Below are positions 28,001 through 42,519 of a stretch of 64,000 bases of DNA, one piece after another. Numbering within the stretch: position 1 is the first letter of the stretch; each line of letters begins with the position of its first letter. Origin of the DNA: Eledone cirrhosa (lineage: Eukaryota). The notes beneath the pieces are model-generated. The model saw only the letters and a program-made list of their open reading frames with translations. It ran no database searches and was not told the origin of the DNA. The translations under genes and the position numbers were made by a program. The stretch spans positions 227,850,001-227,914,000 of the forward strand of contig OZ024740.1 of the NCBI GenBank assembly GCA_964016885.1, read 5' to 3'.

Positions 28001-28054
28001 TATTTTATCTGATTAGGACGTACTGTTGTACCTCTGAAATATGTATAATAAAAT
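28001..28054 (+). ncRNA. Hammerhead motif, G8U-mutated copy
   Basis: TATTTTAT CTGATTA GGACGTAC TGTT GTACCTCT GAA ATATGTAT A ATAAAAT; inverted partner of 27643-27697. Confidence 0.6.
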
Positions 28055-28197
28055 TTAATTGATCAAAAGAACATCTATTTTATTAATATTTGTATTTTAA
28101 TATTAATAACTCTGGAAAATATTGTTCTGTAGAGTGCTTCCAATCTACTGTAAAACTCATTCTTTGATGTACTAATTGAATCTTGTTTAACTCTTTA

Positions 28198-28229
<32 letters not shown>

Positions 28230-28257
28230 TTGTGTATTTATGTGTATGTGTATGTAT

Positions 28258-28302
<45 letters not shown>

Positions 28303-28362
28303 GATAAATCTACCAAGAGTTTACGGTAGTGTCCAATCCGTATGAAGAACTCAATATTTTTA

Positions 28363-28421
<59 letters not shown>

Positions 28422-28449
28422 TTGTGTATTTATGTGTATGTGTATGTAT

Positions 28450-28513
<64 letters not shown>

Positions 28514-28659
28514 ATATATATGTGTGTGTGTGTGTGGATGTGTGTTTATCTACTTTTATATTTATTCCTTTTCCTTTCCTTCTTCCTTTTTCAGCCTCAC
28601 TTTCATATAGATTATATTTTTGTTTTTAAAATCCACTGTCAATAAATACACCAGGGTTT

Positions 28660-28719
28660 TTTCATTCTGATGACTGAAAGCAAATTTTGTTTGCTTTCAA
28701 GAAACCACTGGTAATGAAA
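28660..28719 (+). ncRNA. Type I hammerhead ribozyme motif
   Basis: TTTCATT CTGATGA C TGAAAGCAAA TTTTG TTTGCTTTCA A GAA ACCACTGGT A ATGAAA; canonical core, one A missing in stem I relative to the partner copy. Confidence 0.75.
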
Positions 28720-28811
28720 TAATTATCTTATGTTGTTTATTACATAACTAATAAGCTCTGTAACCTACATTGAGCACTCTTTTTTCCTGGACCTTTCCGA
28801 CGGAATTACTT

Positions 28812-28842
<31 letters not shown>

Positions 28843-29157
28843 TTATACACATGACACTTGTGTTTACATGTGTACATGCGCCTGTATATATGTGAATCCA
28901 TACATGTATATTTATGTCTGTGTCTGTGTGTGTTTGTATATATAGTTCCATGTTCGACTGCTCCCCTGAGACTAACTGCCACTAAACAACACCAGACAAG
29001 CATCCACTACACTCTTAGTTATCTCTTTGGATATCTTTTAAATCCTTTCATCCCTCACTACCTCCCTGTCCACCTCCGGTCTATCGTTAGAAATTCTTTT
29101 GTTGTATATAATATGTACTTCCTTCTGTGTGTGGGTGTACACCCACTGAACAATGTG

Positions 29158-29235
<78 letters not shown>

Positions 29236-29238
<3 letters not shown>

Positions 29239-29515
29239 GGGCGAAGGGTCCGTGCATGCAAAGCATGCAGTGCATGCGTTATAGAATCTTGAGTTGATCA
29301 ATTGCGTCGGTTGAAGCAAGCAGAATTTTGGCTGCTTACTAAAACGTATAGACACAAAAAAAGATAACACACACACACACACTAGATAACACTACATGCG
29401 GCTTTGACCGGGGGGTCGTTTAGAGAGAATGGGGGGAGGGGGTAAGGCTGCACAGCCCCACTTTCCGTCATGGCAATTGGACTGCATGCCCTGCTTTCCA
29501 GGTTACCCTTCGCCA

Positions 29516-29518
<3 letters not shown>
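29236..29518. mobile_element. MITE in a (TA)n tract
   Basis: TIR CAGGGGCGAAGGGT / ACCCTTCGCCACTG. Confidence 0.8.
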
Positions 29519-29557
<39 letters not shown>

Positions 29558-30968
29558 GCAGCGTGATCGTTATATATATTGATCTCTTTTAATATATATG
29601 CACAAGTATACACACACACATATATATATATATACAGAGAGAGATAGAGAGATGTAAAATCCCGAACGCGGGGCCAAGCGGTTTCGGCCTGTGTGTGTGT
29701 GTATACACACACACACACAAAGAGCTGCATGATCATATATTTATATTGATCTCTTTTCATATATACATACATGTATACAGAGACATATATCCCAATATAT
29801 TTCTTTTTCTAAGCATACATACACACACAATCAGAGAGATATTTCCTGGATTGATGCTTCGCTATATATATATATAGACCCATGTCCATCTCTGTACCTC
29901 TTCAGTTAAATAACGATATTGAACGCGAATCTCTAGGCCCTAGAGCAACTTATACAGCTCCAAATCTACAATAAAGTATACACACATGTATGTGTATGAG
30001 TGCACGCACGCGCACACCCACCGAAACAAAATACATGAACGCACGCATACACACGCGCACGATCTCGCACACACACATACATACACACACACAGTCTACG
30101 GACTAGAAACAAGAAAAAGAAAGATTAATGTCCCAATACAATAATAATACCTTGGTGTGGAGTTAAATTTATTTTATTATCATCGGTCTGGTCTCTGGTT
30201 CGGAGTGAAAGGAAAAAGGAGGAAAGGGAGTGATTTGATTATTCGAAACCATCCGTCAGTGATGGTAAGCAAGGCCTATATGTTTACTTTAACAGACGTC
30301 GACTTCAGAGAGGACATACACAAAGTCTACATCATCTTAATGTATACAAGGTGGGATGGTTGAAAAACCAAGTCGGTCTCCTCCTTCCAAGTTTATATAC
30401 CGTCTCGCTGTCTAGATCTTCAGGCACGAATGTGTAAGCAGATTATAGCTGTATATAGCCTTAGCTATATTGATTTGGTTGTTCTGTCATGTCAGGTTAC
30501 ATTCTGTCGTGATGGTTAAGGAAGGAGCTTAGGTTTTCGTCTTACTGTTCTTTTATTTTGTTTTTGTGTGTGCGTTGTATTTTTGTTTTTTTGTTTTTTG
30601 TTTTCTCTGTGTAAAGTCAGCACTAGCAAATATAAGATTTATTCAGCATTGTGGAACTTATCCTAACAATAAATAAAGCAACAATCACCCAACCGTAAAA
30701 TGTATACACTTATACATGCACTGAGGTTTTCCAGGAGCCTAAGTAAACTAAACTAAAAAATACAACAATGTTAAATACCGTTCTACTTTTGATGAAAATA
30801 AAACAAATATAAAAATTAAAATGTGAAAAACGACGTAGAAAAAGTAAAAAAGCTTTTTCAAAAGATCTGACAATAGCATTGTTTTAAATATAATTGCTTT
30901 GATGAACCAGTTGAATCATCCATCTATTGTGGCCTATTGTTCAAATCAATGGTTTCTATTTTTTATTA

Positions 30969-31273
30969 TAGTGGAACCTCGGTTCACAAACGTTATTCGT
31001 TCCTGAAGGCCATTCGTCACCCGCAATGTTCATAAATCGAAACTATTTTCCCCATACAAAATGTTGAGAGAGAAACAGTGTGAAAGACAGATTATCACCA
31101 TAGTAACTAACTACACAGCAAGTGACGGTTTCCAGCCGATATTCCCAGCTTGTTGCCAACAGTTGTTGCCGACTTGCGTGTTCGTTACTCGAGACATCAT
31201 TCGTCAACCGACATGTTTTATGTTTGGAAAAATTGTTCGTAATGGGAAGCGTTCGTGAACTGAAGTTACACCG
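30969..31273. mobile_element. Tigger/pogo-like MITE
   Basis: tagtggaacctcggttcacaaacg ... cgttcgtgaactgaagttacaccg, TA flanks. Confidence 0.7.
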
Positions 31274-31654
31274 TATATATTTTTAACCGGTCTTTTGTGG
31301 GACTCTCTCATCGAGGGGGCTGCGAAGATTGCCATATCTATAAAATTAATACTTTTAATAAGATTTGGGACGTTGATAAAACGAAAATATAACTTCTAGA
31401 AAGTTCCCTAATAAAATTAACTAGGGAGTGCGGAAGATTGATTGGGAGTTCTGTAATAGAAAAGAGAAAAGGGGGAAAAAAGCTATAAATGGAAAGGAGT
31501 GTAGAGCAAGCATGGCTTTGTAGTGACAAAAGTGAATTTTCTTTTGAAAATTAAATTGTGCACTCCCCCGTTCCCTTTGATGTCTTTCAAGGAGTTTCGA
31601 TGAAAAGAAATAGTATAGAAATATATTTCTCTTTTTCTCCCACTTTCTCATAAT

Positions 31655-31703
<49 letters not shown>

Positions 31704-31981
31704 GTGTGTGACTATATATATAATGTATATATGTACATAGATTATATAATGTATATATATATATATATTAAATAATTGTTTCTACTTTAGGCACAAGGCC
31801 AACAATTACTCAGTGCATTACTGGTACTTTATTTTATCGACCCCGTAAGGATGAAAGGCAAAGTCAACCTCAGCGGGATATTAAATAATGTGTGTATATA
31901 TATATATTATATATATATATATTATATATGATACAATATATATATTATATATAATATAGTGTATATTTCACACACACACAT

Positions 31982-33508
31982 GGTGGCTGCCAACTCGTTT
32001 TCGAGTACGGCCACTACTTTATATCCATGTAGGAGAACCCCTACCGATGCGCTGAACGAGTATGACTTTTTAGTCCAGCCAGCGACTTGAAAACTCTGGT
32101 ACAAACACTACACTTGTGACAATTATTGACTCATAGTGGGCCCATGGTACCATATGATGACAAGTGCAGAGAGATCTCCAGATATAAAGCAATGCCTGTG
32201 CCGTGAAGCTTTTATAGTGAGCAAAGGCACTGCACAAAGCCAGTCCCACTCTCTTAACCAAGATGATATTTACCAAAAATAAGAACAAGTCAACATCATT
32301 GGATACCATCAGGGTTGCAGGTGTTATATCAGAGTTTTCCTTCTCCTAGAATTCTGCCTTGACAAAGGCTAAGGGGTCATCTCTCCCGGTGATTTTGGAA
32401 GGCCATTGACTCTCAAGAGCTCCTTTGCCCTTTGACAGGTTTTGTTTTTAGTCCTGCAGAATGTCCAAAGTCACCCTCCTCACCAAGAAACCTTGGTGGG
32501 GTTGCCAGTTTAGTCGCCAACGACCCGACCATGAGACAGGTTGTACTGGGATACATGTTACCAGTAGCACCAACTGGTGACCTGACATACATACATACAT
32601 GGTGGCTGCCAACTCGTTTTCGAGTACGACCACTATTTTATATCCATGTAGGAGAACCCCTACCGATGCGCTGAACGAGTGTGACTTTTTGTCCAGCCAG
32701 CGACTTGGAAACTCTGGTACAAACACTACACTTGTGACAATTATTGACACATAGTGCTGGGCCCATGGTACCATGTGACGACAAGTGCAGAGGGATCTCC
32801 AGATATAAAGCAATGCCTGTGCCGTGAAGCTTTTATAGTGAGCAAAGGCACTGCACAAAGCCAGTCCCACTCTCTTAACCAAGATGATATTTACCAAAAA
32901 GAAGAACAAGTCTACATCATTGGATACCATCAGGGTTGTAGGTCAAAGGGCAAAGAAGCTCTTAAGAGAACAATGGCCATCCAAAATCACCGGGAGAGAT
33001 GACCTCTTAGCCTTTGTCAAGGCAGAATTCTAGAAGGAAAACTCTGACACACACACATACATACATACATACATACATACATACATACATACATACATAC
33101 ATACATAGTGGCTGCCAACTCGTTTTCGAGTACGGCCACTACTTTATATCCATGTAGGAGAACCCCTACCAATGCGCTGACGAGTGTGACTTTTTAGTCC
33201 AGCCAGCGACTTGAAAACTCTGGTACAAACACTACACTTGTGACAATTATTGACTCATAGTGGGCCCATGGTACCATGTGACGACAAGTGCAGAGAGATC
33301 TCCAGATATAAAGCAATGCCTGTGCCGTGAAGCTTTTATAGTGAGCAAAGGCACTGCACAAAGCCAGTCCCACTCTCTTAACCAAGATGATATTTACCAA
33401 AAAGAAGAACAAGTCAACATCATTTGATACCATCAGGGTTGCAGGTGTTATATCAGTTTTCCTTCTCCTAGAATTCTGCCTTGACAAAGGCTGAGGGGTC
33501 ATCTCTCC
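31982..33508 (-). mobile_element. Tandem array of three copies of the 8745-9360 element separated by (CATA)n
   Basis: Full copy 31982-32586; copy 32601-33047 with inverted 5' segment 32940-33047; 5'-truncated copy 33108-33508. Confidence 0.85.
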
Positions 33509-34090
33509 ATACATACATACATACATACATACATACATACATACATACATACATACATACATACATACATACATACATTGCTATTATAGAATTGAGCTGA
33601 ACTCCCTAATTTGGCGTGGAGTTATACTTGTCATATATATATATATATATGTAAGTGTGAATATTGTATACAATCGTTGTTGCTTTAGCACAACGTTATA
33701 AATTCAAGAAAAAGAAATCATATATTACAATAATCGTGATTTTTTTCACTCAACCATAACAACAACAACAACAACCGTTTTCCTTGATTACAAATCTATA
33801 CATGTCATACATAGGCAGGTAGCGAAACGAATCTTATATTATTAATATTAGGTGCGATAAAGGCGTGGTGGAGGGGTTGTCTCGTCTGTACAGGGGCTAT
33901 GTGCTCGTACATGTATCTGTAATGTGCGCGTGTTCGATACAATTATTTATATATATATTGTAATGTGATATATGAAACAAGTTTCTAAATGTAATAAAAG
34001 CGGAAATATATCACAGTAACATAATAAGAGTACATTATGTATTGTCTTGTTAGCATGAGTGTTTTGCTTGCAGTTTAAAGGGCAATCGCT

Positions 34091-34175
<85 letters not shown>

Positions 34176-34178
<3 letters not shown>

Positions 34179-34256
34179 GGTGTCCCCAAAAAACATACAC
34201 ACATATTTATTTGACTGCTGTTAAAGTGTGTATACATTTTTTGGGGGGACATCCTG
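34176..34256. mobile_element. 81-bp Tc1/mariner-type MITE
   Basis: CAGGGTGTCCCCAAAAAA ... TTTTTTGGGGGGACATCCTG followed by TA. Confidence 0.8.
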
Positions 34257-35030
34257 TATATATATTAAGTTTAATGAAGCTATCCGTTTACAAGCTGAAT
34301 GAGCACGCAATACATGTGAGCAAAGCGTTAAGATTGATAGCAAAATGAAGAGGCATGAACGGCGATACTTCGAAGTCACTGACACCTTTTTTTCTCAGAA
34401 CAATATATATGTGAAGCACACATTCCAACTGTTAGATCGGTACTCCTTTTTTGTGTGCGCGCGCGCACCTGTGTCTGTGTGTATACGTGCGTGTCAGAAT
34501 TATTATTAGTATCGGCCCTTTACGTTCTGAGTTCAAATCCCACCGAGGTTAGCTTTGCCTTTCATCTGTGCAGAGTCGATAAAATAAAGTAGCAGTAACG
34601 CACTAGGGTCGATTTAATCGACTTTCCCCTCCCCACAAAAAAATGTTGGCCTTGTGCCTAAATCAGAAACCATTATTATTGTTGTCGTTGTTATTATTAT
34701 TATTGATGAACACATTGGTCAAAATATAAATAAACCCAATTATTCCCTAAGTGACAAACAAAGCTTTCTCTACTTTTCAGTCGGAAGAAAGTCCAGGAAA
34801 AAAAAAGGTAGTGATTGAAAGAAATACAAAGAAAATAAACTGCTAACACAAAAGTGTCAAAACAATATTTCGGAAATCTTTCTGTACCATTATTTAACGA
34901 ACTATCTTCTTCCCCACTCCACGCTACACGAGAAAGAAGAGAAAAAAAGATGGATTAAGATAGAGACTATAGTTCCAGCCGACTGGCTGAGGTCATGCTG
35001 TAGCACCGCCATATATATGTGTGTATTTAT

Positions 35031-35086
<56 letters not shown>

Positions 35087-36961
35087 CACTCTACTTTCCC
35101 ACATAAATACGCACACACAAATACATACCCCCACTCACACAAGAAAAAGCAAAAGTGACCTACGGAAAATTTAATAAGGTAAATGAAAATTTAAGTGAAA
35201 CAAAATAATTATATATATTATACTTATGATGTAATGATAACTATTTAAGTGGTCCTCTCATACATACATTTATACATATCATTCATACATACACACGTAC
35301 GCACACACAATACACACACAGTGCACACATAATATACACACAGTGCACAATACACACAGTATAACACACACAGTACATATGCGATTACACACACACACAC
35401 GTAACTGATTTCAGTACCGAATCCATTATAGAAGAAAAAATGTTAAAAACCAGTGGATTGTGTTACCACATGTATTATTAATAAAATCAATAGAATTGAG
35501 AAAATAAACACATTAATAGAATGTTATTGTTTAATATTATGTCAGTCCAATGATCAAAGGATTTCCGGCTGTGACCATCTCATCATTTTGCAAGCAACCA
35601 TTTGTTGTTGTTTTTTGTTGGGGAGATTTGGTTGCTATTTCTAACAGATCTAGCAATCATGTACAGTCTTGTGTATGTAAGTTTATAAGCATGTATGTAA
35701 TATAGAAATATATAAGGAGTGCAAGTGCGTGTGTGTGATTTGGGGGAGATTTGGTTGCTATTTCTAACAGATCTAGCGATCATGTACATGTTTATTGTGT
35801 ATGTAAGCTTCTATGCATGTATGTGTATAATATATAAGGAATGCAAGTGTCTGTGTCGGTGTGTGTTTCTCTCTCTATATATATATGTGTGTGTGTATAG
35901 ACGTATATAAATCATGGGTGCATACAGAAAATGACAGCCAAATCACACCGCAACACACACGCAAACACAACTCTTTATCTATCACCCATCATTTTCACTT
36001 TAATCCACAAAAACGAACATAGGTTGAAGTGCGCATACATTATCTCATGTACTATATTCAATCAAGATCAGTTATAGTAGGTGGGCGGCATGGTTGCCAG
36101 ATCCAGCAGCATAGTTCATTTATTTCGTGCATATTTAATAAATACTTCAAAAATTTTCCATCCATTCATTCATTCATTTTCAAAGAAGCTCTGTCAACAA
36201 CAAACCATGCGTGTCAAACCAGACTAGCGACACACATGCCATTCATTTACTTCGACGGTTACGACTTACATCTTATTTTACAGTGCTACTGACACACATA
36301 ACAACGATAAGGACAACAGGAGGTCGAAAAGGACGGATAGTGATGTGAGATGGACTTAATCTGTTATACATCGATGAAGAATATTCATCTAATATAGGCC
36401 CATTCATTCATTCATTCATTTCATTTCAATCCGTACCCCCACCTCCCAATATTTAAAACGCGACATTAGACATGTCACTAGGGCTGAGAGCCAATTTTAT
36501 CATCTCAAAGGTTACTCTCATAAATAAACACGGAGAATTGATAGAACAATGAGACAGGGAAAGAAAGAGAATAAGAGAAAAAGAGAGAGGCGAGCGGAAG
36601 AGGGGAGGACGACAACAAAAAACATTGACGACAGAGAAAAAGAGAGCCATAACAAAAACAGGCAGCAGAAAGCATGGCAGCCTGTCAAAGAAGATAGTAC
36701 GGTTCAGGCATTTGTTTGCTATCTGTATACTTTCATACAATCCTAAGTCCAATAGATAGCAGCCGGCCGGTTCAAAACAGAAGAAATCTCATGCCAGTCA
36801 GTCTCCCTCTCTCTCTAATGTAAACCACGCCAACTACCCCAACCTCTTCATTCAGCTTACAGATAGATTTAAGCAGGTGGGGAGAGAGAGAGAGGATAGA
36901 AGAAAGAAAGAAAAAAAGAGAACAAATGACAAACAGCTCTAACATATGATATTTTCTGACA

Positions 36962-36999
<38 letters not shown>

Positions 37000-37754
37000 A
37001 TTTTACCTCTTTCTTTTTGTCTACATTTTAGCGCATTAAAATTCATTAAAAGGAAAAGTAAATAAAATACTTTCATTAATAATTATTTTGTTTTCTAACT
37101 TTGTTTTAGATTTTTTTGTTTAGTTGATAATAAAAAAAATGTTTACGCCTTTCTTTTTCTTTTTGTTACTCACCGAACATTCAGCATCTCACTAGTCGAA
37201 GGATTATCAGCAGTTAGTTAATTTACATGATGCTGTTTAATCGTGGGCCAGACTTAATCCTTTGTTCGTTGTATGAATAACAGTCTTTTGTCAACAAGAC
37301 ACATGAGAATTCCCATGTGTGGCTTCCGGTCGACGACGTAACGAAAACCTTGCTCTCTGATTGGTTGATATTGCTAAACGAGGCCGGTTCAACATGCATA
37401 TTTATTATAACACCTATCCAAAAGAAAGCATGGAGAGAGATGTATGATGCTAAGTAATTTTCTCCGTGTTCGTCAACATTATCTTATCTACTACTTCGTG
37501 CTTTCGAAAGTGATGAGCATATCCAGCGATATCTGTTTATCTTAAACTTAATATATCGGAAATATATATATTTTTCATAGACTTTTCGTTTTTCCTTTCA
37601 TGTTGAGTAAGTGTAAATTATTACATAATTTTCCCCACCCGTTTTCTTATCATAAAATATCCTTTAAAGTCAGATATCTTACATTATTTCAATAGTTTTC
37701 AGCTGGAGCGACTGAAATCTCCACTTCAGAAGATATCACTGCATTAGCCTATAT

Positions 37755-37972
37755 ATATAATAGAGTGATGTAAAATCCCATACATATCTCCATACCCACT
37801 TTGCATCTCTCCATGCATTGAGTACTCCCATGATTAGTGGTCTCAGCATTGCAGGGCCCACCCCTCTCTCTAACAATTAGTAAGACCCCCTTAGTGTAGA
37901 TCCTGACCGGGATTGAACCCCAGATCAGGATATCCGCCATCTCTAATACCTACCACTAGGCCACAGAGACAG
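37755..37972 (-). mobile_element. Putative tRNA-derived SINE of another family
   Basis: Minus strand TGGCCTAGTGG (A box) ... GGTTCAATCCC (B box), ending in a TA tract; single copy. Confidence 0.5.
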
Positions 37973-40139
37973 TTGTCGAAACAGCAAGAGCTCTGCCGCC
38001 GGGCCCCGTCTCTTTCTCATATATATATATATAATATTTTATTTTTTCAGGGCAATTCTAACACTTGAAACTTAAATTACTGACACGAGATCTTAATATA
38101 AACAACTCGCACGTCAGGCACTTATCATTTAGCTAAAAACCTGCCACATCATGTAATGTGTATGGATCTGTTATCTGTATTGAATATCAACCTTTCAATC
38201 TGATATAGTTTTTTTGTTTGTTTGTTTTTTTCATTATTACTTTATTTTATTTTTATATTTAACTTTAAAAACATGTCATTACGTAATTTATATGAAAATT
38301 CTGAATTCCATTGGGTACTCTCGGGTCTCGAATAATCGCCCCTCTCCACCATCACTTATTAAATTTGGTTAATCTATCTCCAGCGAAATTTTATTTTAAA
38401 TGGTAACTTTCCTGCGATAATTAATTTTCTTTAGACATTAAAAATCATTATTCATGAAAAAAAAAAAGAACATTACAAGAAATCTCATACACTATAATTT
38501 CGTGTCTTCTTAGAAATGTTCAAATTTATATTTTGGTAAATCTTAAATTAGACGGTGAAATTTAGACGCAAAATAGTAGCATACTATCATACCTACTCTC
38601 TGGTCCCAAATAATAGGGGTGGGTGAATAACCGCGGGGTTGGAAAATCGGTAAATGTTCGAGGTTGTCTCCGTTGATTTTTATTTTTTTATTTTTTTTTT
38701 TTTTTAAACAGAATTAGTCGTTTAGTTTACATATTGAGATCCTAATTAATATTGAAGGTCTATCTAAAAGAAAGATGTTGATAGAGACTCTAATATTGAG
38801 TTTATTGCATACGTAGACTTCGCATTCATCGCCGTGTTGTAATGAGTCACAAGGATTTCAGTTGACGTCTTATACACAAACACCATGTCTTTATTTTCAA
38901 TCCTGTATTAGAATCGCCATTACTAATCCATGTTATCATTTTCCGATTCCAGCTTACGCTTCTCGGCAGTGCGGTGTGTCCTTGAGCAAAATATTTTATA
39001 TCGCGTTAGTCCAATCCATACAGCTGGGAAAAAATGAGTTGTATGTGTAATTTAAAGGGGTCGGACTTATGTTAAGGGTTTACATTTCTGTGGAATTCTC
39101 AACCACTTGCACATTAATTTCACAAGTCTACTGAGTAGACTGTTTGTTGCTTGAACAACTAGAATCCTCGTCGTAACCGATGCAGGTACAATTCACAATA
39201 TTTACATGTAATCATTTTCTTTAATTTTTTAAGTTTTAAAGAAAATGGACGAATAAATCATTCGGGAAAAAAGTCACTAAAGATCTTTTAGTTTATTAAT
39301 AAAAAAATAAAAAAATTCAGAAAATGGAAATTTACAACGAAAATAATGTATTCATTTTCATTTCCTTTTACTTCAATTCACTATTTTTGCTGTCTGCCAT
39401 TTTATATATCTAATGTGAAATGTCTCTAAAACAACTTATTTGATAACCCTTCACGAACGTTTCATAAATAATTCAATAAGGCCATGTAGAGAGATAGTAT
39501 AGGATGTTTGAAATTCATGCTATTTTTGAAAACTCATATATGGAGTTTATGCAAGGAAATTAGGTTGCAGGACATTATATAATCATAAGGTCGTGAGCTC
39601 GATTCCTGAACCAGGAAACGTATTGTGTTCTTGAGCAGCATGCTTCGTTTTATGTTGCTTTTCGTGATAGGACTCGAGCCCCAATCATTCAAACACCCGA
39701 GAAACGTTCTATGTTAGATAACACTCGTAAGAGGCCAGCTAAACTTCCATAAATGTGAAATGTAAGTTTCATTTTTTTTTTCCCACAGTAAATAAAAGCA
39801 TTAACGAACGCAACTATTAAAATGAATTAGATTAATTTCTTTCGCCATAATCGTAATCTACATCATGAGAAACGTATCTCTGTAAAGTTTCATTGAAAAA
39901 TTTGCATTATTAAGAAAGTTACGAGGAAATATATTTGGTGGATGACACTAAAGTTTTTTACTTTTGCTGAGAAATGGACTTGCTTTGGAATCGAAAGTGT
40001 GTCGTGTATTAGATTTAGCAAGAGCTTACTCTATATTCATTTTAATCTTGTTTTAATTATTTCGAAGGTATGAATCGGAGGCGGACTGGGTATACGGATA
40101 CTTGGGCAATGTCTGATGAACCGCTGGGCTGGTTAAAAT

Positions 40140-42020
40140 GATGATTTCTAATTTAGGCATAAGGCTAACAGTTTGTGGGTAGGGGAAAAGCGATTACATC
40201 GACCCAAGTGCATTACAGGTACTTTATTTTATCGACCCCTTAAAGATGAAAGGCAAAGTTAACCTCGGCGGGATTTGAACTCAGACCGTAAAAGGACGTA
40301 ACTATATGCTGCATAGGATATTGTCCGACACTTAACCGATACTGGCAACCCAGCCCACTTAATATAATGATTTATATTTTAGACACAAGGCCAACAATTT
40401 TGGGGAAGGGAAAATCGATTATATTGACTCCAGTTCATTACTGGTACTTTTATTTTATCGGCCCCGTAAGGATAAAAGGCAAAGCTATACTCAGCGTGAT
40501 TTGAACTCAGAACACCGTCCTTAATATCATTGTTTCTACTTTTGGCACAAGGCAATCATGCCAGTGTATTACTGGTACTTTATTTTATCGACCCCGTAAG
40601 GATGAAAGGCAAAGTCAACCTCAGCGGGATTTGAACTCAGACCGTAAAGGGATGTAACTATGCTGGAAAGCATGGCGTCCGACCCTCTACCGATACTGCC
40701 AATCCACCGCCCTTAGGTTGATTAATATAATGATAATAATAATTATTATTATAAGCTGAAACATTATTGATGAACAATAGGCCGACTTGATAGATGACAG
40801 ATGCTCGGGCCGGTTTTAAGAACCAGTCAGCTTCTGATGGAAGGATCGATATAAAAAAAATAAAGATAAAGATAAGTACCAGCCGTGTAATGATGCAATG
40901 ATTCGATTCAGTCAATATACCCCAACTAAATAAATGTATTGAACTTGTAGCAATTATAAGAAATCGATATGTAACAACAAGAACATAGTTTTAAATGTTT
41001 CTTCGCTGAAACAGGACACAAGGCCAACAATTTGAAGGGAAGGGAAAATCGATTACATCGACCCCAGTGTTACTGGAGCTTTATTGTATCGAACCCCGTA
41101 AGGATAAAAGGCAAAGTTGACCCCAGCGTCAATTATACTGACCCTAGTTTTTGACTGGTACTTTATTTTATCGTCCTCGGAAGGATGAAAGACAAAGTTG
41201 ACCTCAATAGAATTTGAACTCAACACCAGCTTAATAATTGTTTCTACTTTAGGCACAAGGCCTGCAATTACCCAGTTAATTACTGGTACTTTATTTTATC
41301 GACCCCGTAAGGATGAAAGGCAAAGTCAACCTCGGCGGGATTTGAACTCAGATCGTAAAGGGACGTAACTATGCTGGAAAGCATGGCGTCCGACCCTCTA
41401 CCGATACTGCCAATCCAACCAGCTTAATAATGGTTTTTGATTAAGGCACAGGGAAAACAATTTTTGAGGAGAGGAAAGTCGGTTAAATCGACCCACAGTT
41501 CTTGACTCGTACTTTATTTTATGTTCGTTGGAAGGATGAAAGGCAAAGTTACCCTCAGTGGGATTTGAACTCAGAACGTAAAGTGCCGGAACAAATGCTG
41601 CTACACGTTTGACCGACACTCTAACGACTCTGCCAATCCACTACTCTAAAGTTCTACATAATAATTGTTTCTACTTTAGGCACAAGGCCAGCAAATATCC
41701 AGTGCATTACTGGTACTTTATTTTATCGACCCCGTAAGGATGAAAGGCAAAGTCAACCTCGGCGGGATTTGAACTCAGATCGTAAAGGGACGTAACTATG
41801 CTGGAAAGCATGGCGTCCGACCCTCTACCGATACTGCCAATCCACCAGGGGCAAGGCTAACAATTTGGGAGTGAGGGAACAGTCGATTAAATCAACCCCA
41901 GTGCTTTACCTTTCATTCATAAGGTAAAGCTAACCTCGGCGGGATTTGAACTCAGAATGTAAAGGGCCGTAACTATATACCGCAAAGCATGATGTCCGAT
42001 ACTGTTAATCCACCGCCCTG
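40140..42020 (-). mobile_element. Head-to-tail cluster of about 8 Meta-type SINEs
   Basis: Repeated ctggtactttattttatcgaccccgtaaggatgaaaggcaaag...gggatttgaactcaga. Confidence 0.85.
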
Positions 42021-42519
42021 ACCACCACAACAGCAATAATTGTAATAAAAACATTTATGATAAAATAGTCACAACAACAATAATATTAATAACAACAACA
42101 ATCTTGATAATGATAGCTGCGTTTAGAGATAATTGGTGTTAAGAGGGGAATTCTATACACAAGTTTAATTCTTGTGGGTTTCTATGTTTTCATTGATCGT
42201 GTTTTATTAGAAATACGCTCAAACACCCACGATGGTATGTATATATACTGTATTTGCCTAATGTAATTATATGATACTAATTGTGTCTACTACCGTGGTA
42301 ATTAGGTTTTTGTCCACTTATTGAGATAATTAGCTGTAGGTCTATTCATTTAGTTACCGAGATACATAACCTACCCATTCGTTGAGTTCACCCAACGTTC
42401 CTGAAATGTTTTTGGATTGTTCATTCATGACATACATTTACTACGATATTTTAAACGTATATACTATTTAACAGTATCATATTACAATGATTATAATGCG
42501 TCGATATATGAGCCCCAAA

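Larger units (their letters stand above)
26987..28750. mobile_element. Nested inverted-repeat complex (outer arms about 26987-27340 and 28410-28750; inner palindromes 27427-27605 and 27604-28094)
   Basis: Reverse-complement matches seen directly; four hammerhead motifs; a SINE is inserted in the right inner arm. Confidence 0.85.

Noticed and set aside
40140-42020. CRISPR-like recurring repeats
   Set aside because: Irregular tandem SINE copies in eukaryotic DNA; no unique spacers or cas genes.
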